Source: Alphaproteobacteria bacterium
GTDB taxonomy: Bacteria; Pseudomonadota; Alphaproteobacteria; Caulobacterales; Parvularculaceae
Length of the DNA stretch: 64,000 nucleotides
Assembly: GCA_030433215.1 (NCBI GenBank)
Contig: JAUIMC010000009.1
Span: 62,849-126,848, forward strand
Direction of reading: 5' to 3'
Positions 54,758-61,509 of this stretch are shown piece after piece. The position numbers and the translations under genes were made by a program. The notes under the pieces are model-generated. The model made no database searches. It saw nothing but the letters and a program-made list of their open reading frames with translations, and was not told where the DNA came from. Position 1 is the first letter of the stretch; the number at the start of each line of letters is the position of its first letter.

Positions 54758-56896
54758 ATGTTGCCTGTCATGCGTTCCGCCATGCTCGCGCTCGCCGCGT
54801 TTGCGCTCGCCGCTTGCGGCGAGAAAACGGAAGATACGGCCGATAGCCAGCCCTCCGCCGCTGGCGGTCAGGGCGCTGGCGGCGAGATCAGCGCCGGGCG
54901 GCTTGCCGGCGCGGCGAACGAGCCTGAAGTCTGGCTGAGCGACGGGCGCACCTATTCGGCGCAGCGTTACAGCCCGCTGACGGAGGTCACGGCCGAGAAT
55001 ATCGAGGAGCTCGGTCTCGCCTGGTTCGACGATTACGACACCTATCGCGGCATCGAGGCGACGCCGCTCTACGCCGACGGCGTACTCTACAATATCCTCG
55101 CCTGGAACATCACCATCGCCTATGACGCGGCGACCGGCGAACGGCTGTGGACCTTCGACCCGGAAGTGCCCCGCGAAATGGGCCGTTACGCCTGCTGCGA
55201 GCCGGTCTCGCGCGGACTTGCCTTGTGGAACGACAAGGTCGTCATCGCGACGCTCGACGGGCGCCTGATCGGGCTCGACGCAAAGACCGGCGAAGAAGTC
55301 TGGAGCACGCAGACCTTCAGCAATGAATATCCCTACACGATCACCGGCGCGCCGCGCGTCTTCGACGGCAAGGTTGTCGTCAGCCAGTCGGGCGGCGATA
55401 TGGGCGTGCGCGGCTTTGTTATCGCGCTCGACGCGGACACCGGCGAAAAACTCTGGAAGTTTTACCTGACGCCCGGCAATCCGGCGGACGGTCCCGACGG
55501 CGAAGCCTCCGATCCGATCATGGAGATGATCCGGGAAACCTGGAGCGGGGAATACTGGAAGCTCGGCGGCGGCGCCAATGCCTGGGACTCCATCGCCTAC
55601 GATCCCGAGCTCGATCTCGTTTATGTGGGCACAGGCAACGGCTCGCCCTTGTCCTGGCATTACCGCAGCGAGCGTAAAGGCGACAATCTCTTTGTCTGCT
55701 CCATCGTGGCGCTCAACGGCGATGACGGCAGCTATGCGTGGCATTATCAGATGGTCCCCGAAGAAGACTGGGACTACACCTGCACCAGCTCCATCGTCAG
55801 CGCGGAGCTGACCATCGGCGGCGAAGAGCGAAAAGTTCTGATGCAGGCGCCGAAAAACGGTTTCTACTATGTCATCGACCGCGCGACGGGCGAGCTGATT
55901 TCCGCGGAAACCTATGTGAAGGTGAATTGGGCCGAGGGGATCGATCCCGAAACGGGCCGTCCCATCATCAATCCGGACATGCACTACGACACCGATCCGG
56001 TGCTGGTCTATCCGGGCCCGGGCGGGGCGCATAACTGGTTCCCCATGGCCTATAGTCCGCGTACGCAGCTTGCGTATTTTCCGGCCTATCAGTCGGGCCG
56101 GGTCTATGCGCTCGATCCCGATTACGAGCCGAAGCCGTTTCGTTCGAACAGCGGCTGGGGCGGGTATTCCGGCGACATCCTCGAAAAGCGCATGGCGCTT
56201 CAGGCCCAGGGCGACGCCGACGAACAAGCCTGGCTGACCGCCTATGATCCGGTGAAGCAGGAAATCGCCTGGCAGGTTGAAATGCCCCGTCACGGCAATG
56301 GCGGCGTCATGGTCACGGGGTCTGACCTCGTCTTTGAAGGCACCACGCGTCAGACCTTCGCCGCTTTCGATGCGGAGACGGGCGAGGAGCTGTGGTCCTA
56401 TCCGGTGCAAAGCTCGCCGGTGGCAGGGCCCATCAGTTACATGCATGACGGCGAGCAATATGTGGCGATCAACGCCGGCTGGGGCGGCGGCGCCGCGCAG
56501 ATCGAGCGTATGTCCGGGATCGACCGTCCCCGCGCCGCCGCGCGCTTGCTGGTGTTCAAGCTCGGCGGCGAAAAGGAATTGCCGCCCCTGAAAGCGCAGG
56601 AGCCTGTGCCCGCGCCGCCGCGCCTCGCCGCGTCGGAAGCGGAAGTGAAAAGAGGCGCGCAGCTTTACGCCGAAACCTGCGCGGTCTGCCACGGCCAGCG
56701 CGCCATGGGCGGCGTTTCCGACCTGCGCCACATGACGCAGGAAACGCACGCCAAGTTCAACGAGATCGTGCTCGGCGGGCTTTATGTGGACAAGGGCATG
56801 GCGAGCTTCGCCGACATTCTGAACGAAGACCAGGCTGAAGACATTCACGCCTATCTGATTGCGCGGGCCAATGAGGATTGGGGCGCGGAAAACTGA
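54758..56896 (+). CDS. Second lipoprotein quinohemoprotein (PQQ + heme c) dehydrogenase, type II
   Basis: Lipobox LAAC; QRYSPL, ACCE, GTGNGSP, WDYTCT, APKNGFYY, CAVCH. Confidence 0.92.
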   Translation: MLPVMRSAMLALAAFALAACGEKTEDTADSQPSAAGGQGAGGEISAGRLAGAANEPEVWLSDGRTYSAQRYSPLTEVTAENIEELGLAWFDDYDTYRGIEATPLYADGVLYNILAWNITIAYDAATGERLWTFDPEVPREMGRYACCEPVSRGLALWNDKVVIATLDGRLIGLDAKTGEEVWSTQTFSNEYPYTITGAPRVFDGKVVVSQSGGDMGVRGFVIALDADTGEKLWKFYLTPGNPADGPDGEASDPIMEMIRETWSGEYWKLGGGANAWDSIAYDPELDLVYVGTGNGSPLSWHYRSERKGDNLFVCSIVALNGDDGSYAWHYQMVPEEDWDYTCTSSIVSAELTIGGEERKVLMQAPKNGFYYVIDRATGELISAETYVKVNWAEGIDPETGRPIINPDMHYDTDPVLVYPGPGGAHNWFPMAYSPRTQLAYFPAYQSGRVYALDPDYEPKPFRSNSGWGGYSGDILEKRMALQAQGDADEQAWLTAYDPVKQEIAWQVEMPRHGNGGVMVTGSDLVFEGTTRQTFAAFDAETGEELWSYPVQSSPVAGPISYMHDGEQYVAINAGWGGGAAQIERMSGIDRPRAAARLLVFKLGGEKELPPLKAQEPVPAPPRLAASEAEVKRGAQLYAETCAVCHGQRAMGGVSDLRHMTQETHAKFNEIVLGGLYVDKGMASFADILNEDQAEDIHAYLIARANEDWGAEN

Positions 56897-56942
56897 CTGC
56901 GCGGCGGACGGCCGGCGCCGTCGCCGTGAAGGAGCGACTTGC

Positions 56943-57455
56943 ATGAAACGGCTGATGTTTCCGCTGGCTGTGCTCGCCCTTGTTGCAACGGGGCTCGCCG
57001 CGCCGGCGCGCGCGCAGGAAGCGTCGCCCGCCATGCAGGAATTGCGCGACCGCACCGCCATTCATCAATTGCTGCTCGACTATGGCCGCACGCTCGACGA
57101 GCGCGAATTTGAAGCGTTCGGGAATCTTTTCACCGAAGACGGCGAATACGGTCCCGCGGGCTCCATGACGAAAGGCCCGACGGCGATCGCCGACCAGATG
57201 AGCGCTGTCTTCGACGCCAACGCCATGGGCTTTCGCGAACCCAATTTTCACGTGTTCTTCAATGAAAGCATCAGCCTTGACGGCGACCGCGCGGAAGCGA
57301 CGAGCATGTCGTTCTATGTCGTGCCGGGCGAGGACGATCTGCCGAAGATCGCGATGATGGCGGCATACAAGGACGATCTTGTCCGGGTCGGCGGTGAATG
57401 GAAGTTCCAGCGCCGTGAAGTGCGCGGGCTGTCGCGTCCGCCGGCGCGTCAATGA
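56943..57455 (+). CDS. Secreted SnoaL_4/NTF2-like protein (short type)
   Basis: GGAG RBS; Sec signal ending ARA; ELRDRTAIHQLLLDYGRTLD, NFHVFF, YKDDLVRVGGEWKF. Confidence 0.85.
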   Translation: MKRLMFPLAVLALVATGLAAPARAQEASPAMQELRDRTAIHQLLLDYGRTLDEREFEAFGNLFTEDGEYGPAGSMTKGPTAIADQMSAVFDANAMGFREPNFHVFFNESISLDGDRAEATSMSFYVVPGEDDLPKIAMMAAYKDDLVRVGGEWKFQRREVRGLSRPPARQ

Positions 57456-57522
57456 TCTGCATCAAAAACGGGAACGATGGTTGTTTTATTTTTTTGAACG
57501 GTTGAACGGTCGGGAGCGCGCC

Positions 57523-58488
57523 ATGGGGCGGAGCGGTATTTTAAGGGCAGGGCTTTTTGCGGCGGCGGCGTTGTGCGCGCCGACTGGCCATGCGCTGGAG
57601 CCCGGCGTCAGAATCATCAGCGCGCCGCCTGAAATCGAATACCCGGAAGGCGTGACGGTCGACGATCAAGGCTGGATCTATGTGTCGAGCGCGGTCGACA
57701 GCGCGGTCGCCAGAATGAACGCGCAAGGCGAAGCGGTTGAGATTCTTTCGGAAGGCGGCGTCTTGTTGCCGCCCGAGGAGCAGTTGTTTCCGGGGCTCCT
57801 CGGCAAGAAGATCGACGAGCATGGGCGCTTGTGGATCATGGGTGGGCGCAGCGGCAAGATTTTCGTTCTCGACAAAGACACTGGCGAGCTCGTCGCCGAG
57901 CACGCCGTGCCGAGCGAGAATAACGCGCTCAATGACGCCGCTATTCTCGACGACGCGGTTTACGTCACCGACACGGCGCAGCCCATTCTCTGGCGGCTTT
58001 CCAAGGACGGCGAGAAGATCGGCGCCCCGGAAGCCTGGCTCAGTTTTGACGGAACGCCGCTCCAATATGCGCCGGGCCGTAATCTGAACGGCATCGCCGC
58101 CGATGCGGACGGCAAATATCTCATCGTCATCCAGATGGACAAAGGTCTTCTCTTCCGGATCGATCTTGCGAGCAAGGACGTCACGCCCATCGATGTCGGC
58201 GGCGAGCCTGTGAGCAATGGCGACGGCCTCGTTCTTGTGGGGCAAACGCTCTATCTCGTGCGGCAGGCGGAAACGGAAGTCGTCACGCTTCGCCTGGCGC
58301 CCGATTTCACGTCGGCGGAAGTGATTTCAAGATTCAGCGATCCGGCCCTGACCTGGCCGGCGACCGCGGCCATCGCCGGCGGCGAATTGCTGGTGATGGA
58401 CACTCAGTTCAACCGCCGCGCGACCGGCGATCCGGTCAAACCTTTTTCCATCGTGGCCATTCCCCTCGAACTGCTCGGCGCGGAATGA
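57523..58488 (+). CDS. Secreted SMP-30/gluconolactonase-like propeller
   Basis: Signal peptide; YPEG, LNDAA, LNGIA, GDGL (E/N/N/D metal-ligand pattern). Confidence 0.78.
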   Translation: MGRSGILRAGLFAAAALCAPTGHALEPGVRIISAPPEIEYPEGVTVDDQGWIYVSSAVDSAVARMNAQGEAVEILSEGGVLLPPEEQLFPGLLGKKIDEHGRLWIMGGRSGKIFVLDKDTGELVAEHAVPSENNALNDAAILDDAVYVTDTAQPILWRLSKDGEKIGAPEAWLSFDGTPLQYAPGRNLNGIAADADGKYLIVIQMDKGLLFRIDLASKDVTPIDVGGEPVSNGDGLVLVGQTLYLVRQAETEVVTLRLAPDFTSAEVISRFSDPALTWPATAAIAGGELLVMDTQFNRRATGDPVKPFSIVAIPLELLGAE

Positions 58489-58545
58489 CGCGGACTAATT
58501 TTCAAACGCCCGGCGGCGAAACGAAAAAGAAGAAAGGATAAAATC

Positions 58546-60018
58546 ATGGCGCATTTTCCAGATAATCCGGGTTTCACCGGCGCTATGCGTCCTCTCCGGT
58601 TGCAGGGCGACCTTGTGGACATCGAGCTCGAAGGAGACATTCCCTCGGAGATCGACGGCGCCTTTCATCGCGTGCACCCCGACAGCCAGTTCACGCCCCG
58701 CTATGAAGACGATCAGTTCTTCAATGGCGACGGCATGGTTTCGATGTTCCGCGTCCATGACGGCAAGGTCGATTTCAAACAGCGTTACGCCCAGACGGAT
58801 AAGTGGAAGCTGGAGAACAAGGCCGGCAAGTCCCTGTTCGGCGCCTATCGCAATCATTTGACGGACGATCCGTCGGTGGAAGGCGAGATCCGCGGCACCG
58901 CCAATACTAATGTGCTGGTTCATGCCGGCAAGCTCTTCGCCATGAAGGAGGACAGCCCGCCGCTCCTCATGGACCCCAATACGCTGGAGACTTTCGGCTA
59001 TACGGATTTCGGCGGCAAGCTCGACAGCAAGACCTTCTGCGCGCATCCCAAGATCGACCCGGCGACGGGCAATATGTGTGCGTTCTCCTACATGTCCAAA
59101 GGGCCGATGACGCTCGACATGTCCTATATGGAGATTTCTCCGGAAGGCGAGCTGCTCTTCGAAGTGCCGTTCAAGAATAAATATGTCTGCATGATGCATG
59201 ATTTCGGCGTCACCGAAGACTACGCCGTCTTCAATGTCATGCCGTGCATCAGCAATATGGAGCGGCTTGAAAAGAACATGCCCTATTTCGGCTTCGATCA
59301 TTCGATGCCGGTCTGGCTTGGGGTTCTTCCGCGCAAGGCGGGCGCGACCGAGGCCGACATGCGCTGGTTCAAGGCGCCGGGCAACTGCTTCACCGGCCAT
59401 GTCATGAACGCTTTCAATGACGGCACGAAAATCCATTTCGATCTGGCCATCGCCGCGAAGAACTCCTTCCCGTTCTTCCCGGACGTCACCGGCGCGCCGT
59501 TCGATCCTATCGGCGGCATGAGCTATCTGACGCGCTGGACCGTGGACATGGCCTCGAACGCCGACACGTTCGAAAAGGTCGAGAAGATGACGGATCAGGC
59601 GGACGAATTCCCGCGCATCGACGACCGCTACGCCACGCGCCCGCATCGCCATGGCTGGATGCTGGTTTTCGATACGTCCAAACCCTATGATGGGCCGGGG
59701 GGCGCCTTCATGGCGATCACCAACAGCCTGTCGCACAAGGATCTCGCCACCGGCAAGGAAAAGACCTGGTGGGCCGGGTCCGAATGCGCTCTGCAGGAGC
59801 CGTGCTTCATTCCGAAATCGCCGGACGCGCCGGAAGGCGAGGGCTATATCGTGGCGCTCGTCGACAATCACGTCACGAATTATTCGGATCTGGCGTTCTT
59901 CGACGCGCAGCATGTGGATGAAGGCCCCATCGCCCGCGCGAAGCTGCCCTTGCGTATTCGCCAGGGCCTGCATGGCAACTGGTCGACGGCCAAACAGCTT
60001 GCGCAAGCCAATGCATAG
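58546..60018 (+). CDS. lsdA: Lignostilbene alpha,beta-dioxygenase (carotenoid oxygenase family)
   Basis: MAHFP..PGF.G..RPLR; F59, Y101 and K134 at the same numbers as recalled for LsdA; four Fe-His motifs (FCAHP, MMHDF, GHVMN, GLHGNW); no signal peptide. Confidence 0.93.
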   Translation: MAHFPDNPGFTGAMRPLRLQGDLVDIELEGDIPSEIDGAFHRVHPDSQFTPRYEDDQFFNGDGMVSMFRVHDGKVDFKQRYAQTDKWKLENKAGKSLFGAYRNHLTDDPSVEGEIRGTANTNVLVHAGKLFAMKEDSPPLLMDPNTLETFGYTDFGGKLDSKTFCAHPKIDPATGNMCAFSYMSKGPMTLDMSYMEISPEGELLFEVPFKNKYVCMMHDFGVTEDYAVFNVMPCISNMERLEKNMPYFGFDHSMPVWLGVLPRKAGATEADMRWFKAPGNCFTGHVMNAFNDGTKIHFDLAIAAKNSFPFFPDVTGAPFDPIGGMSYLTRWTVDMASNADTFEKVEKMTDQADEFPRIDDRYATRPHRHGWMLVFDTSKPYDGPGGAFMAITNSLSHKDLATGKEKTWWAGSECALQEPCFIPKSPDAPEGEGYIVALVDNHVTNYSDLAFFDAQHVDEGPIARAKLPLRIRQGLHGNWSTAKQLAQANA

Positions 60019-60024
60019 GCGTTG

Positions 60025-60064
60025 AGCGGCGGTCGCCTTTTCTTTTAAGGGCGACGGCCGCGCT
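60025..60064 (+). terminator. Imperfect hairpin after lsdA
   Basis: GCGGC-GGTCGCCTT / AAGGGCGAC-GGCCGC. Confidence 0.4.
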
Positions 60065-60391
60065 TATGCCTTGTCCGGGAAAGGCCTCTTTCTGGAGCGT
60101 GGCCGCGGAGACTGTTTCCATGCCGCCGAAGAGGCCATCTGACGTATTCGTGATGACGCCGCGGCGTCATGTCCGTCATGGCGGCGCGCTGCCGGACGCG
60201 CTTTAACGCGCATTTTTTCAGTCTGCGCAAAGCCGGACGCCATTTAAGCGGTCAGGGCCGGTTTTCAGCCCAAACCCCCCGATTTTTTGTGTTTCCCGCG
60301 CGGGTATGAGAAAATCATAAACCTGATCGTAAATCCGATATGCCTGAATGGTTAACCGGGACGCTGTGGCAGACGACGGGAAAGCAGCCTG

Positions 60392-61507
60392 ATGGGCGCG
60401 CGCGGAATAGAGTTGAAACATAAGAGCCGTTTTTTACCGGCGGCGGCTCTCTTTTTGCTATCGGCGGCCTGCGGGCAGGAAGACAATACTGCGCGCGACC
60501 AGTCCGAGGCGGCCGGCATCATTCCCCATCAGGTGACCTATGACCGGGAGCGTACCCGGATCGAGGCGGTGGGAACGGCGCGCGCGCGCGCTTCGGCGCT
60601 AATCTATCCGGAAACCGGCGGCGAGGTCGCGGAGGTTCTCTTCAGGGCGGGCGACTTCGTTGAAAAAGGCGATCCGCTGCTGAAACTCGATTCCCGTGAG
60701 GAAGAGCTTGCCGTGCGCCTGGCGCGCGTTGCGGTGACGGACGCCGAACAATTGCTCGCGCGCTATCGGCGCATTGAGGATACGGGCGCCGTTTCCGACA
60801 GCCAGATCGACGAGGCGAGGACGGCGCTCGATGCGGCGCAGATCGAACTCGAGCAGGCCGAGCTGGCGCTGTCGCAGCGTACGGTCGTCGCGCCGTTCCA
60901 GGGCTATGTGGGCCTCAGCGATATCGATCCCGGCGCGCGCATCACCTCGACAACGCAAATCACCCAGCTCGATGACCGCCGGATTCTGTTCGTTGATTTC
61001 GATGCGCCGGAACAGGTCTTCGGGCGTATCGCAACGGGCGATATGGTCGCGGCGGCGCCTTTCGCCGGCGAGGAAACGAGCGTCGAAGCGAAGGTCGCGG
61101 GCATCGACAGCCGCGTCGATCCCACAAGCCGCAGCTTCGTCATCCGCACCGAAATCGACAATGGCGACGACGCCTTGCGGCCGGGCATGAGCTTCCGCGT
61201 CAATTTCGACATTGCCGGCAATGCGCTTCCCTCCGTGCCGGAAGCTTCGATTATCTGGGGCAGCGAAGGCGCTTATGTCTGGAAAGTCGAAGACGGCGTT
61301 GCGCGCCGGGTTTCCGTTTCGATTGTCGCGCGGCGCGAAGGCCTTGTCCTGGTGGACGCGGATCTGCCGGAAAACAGCATCATCGTCGCGGAAGGCGTTC
61401 AGAAGGTGCGTGAAGGCGCCGCCGTCCGCTTCGTCAACGGCGCCTTGTTGGACGAGGCGGAAAACGGTGGCGGCGACGGGCCTGTGGGCGCCGAAGGATC
61501 GCGATAG
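60392..61507 (+). CDS. RND efflux periplasmic adaptor (MFP)
   Basis: Lipobox-like LLSAAC; PETGGEV, GDFVEKGDPLLKLD, VAPFQGYVG, LRPGMS, GVQKVREG. Confidence 0.9.
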   Translation: MGARGIELKHKSRFLPAAALFLLSAACGQEDNTARDQSEAAGIIPHQVTYDRERTRIEAVGTARARASALIYPETGGEVAEVLFRAGDFVEKGDPLLKLDSREEELAVRLARVAVTDAEQLLARYRRIEDTGAVSDSQIDEARTALDAAQIELEQAELALSQRTVVAPFQGYVGLSDIDPGARITSTTQITQLDDRRILFVDFDAPEQVFGRIATGDMVAAAPFAGEETSVEAKVAGIDSRVDPTSRSFVIRTEIDNGDDALRPGMSFRVNFDIAGNALPSVPEASIIWGSEGAYVWKVEDGVARRVSVSIVARREGLVLVDADLPENSIIVAEGVQKVREGAAVRFVNGALLDEAENGGGDGPVGAEGSR

Positions 61508-61509
61508 GC

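Noticed and set aside
49180-55800. Lanthanide dependence of the PQQ dehydrogenases
   Set aside because: The active-site motif is D-F-T / D-Y-T, not the D-x-D of XoxF/ExaF/PedH-type enzymes.
54554-57061. Long antisense ORFs (835 aa here; also 48455-50137, 46483-48129, 43241-44716, 58495-60006, 28419-29690, 543-1373)
   Set aside because: They lie opposite well-supported genes with strong GC3 bias, have no family motifs and show the composition typical of shadow frames.
58546-60018. Carotenoid cleavage function for the CCO-family gene
   Set aside because: The sequence carries the stilbene-binding Tyr101/Lys134 pair and the LsdA-type N-terminus, and no carotenoid genes are nearby.
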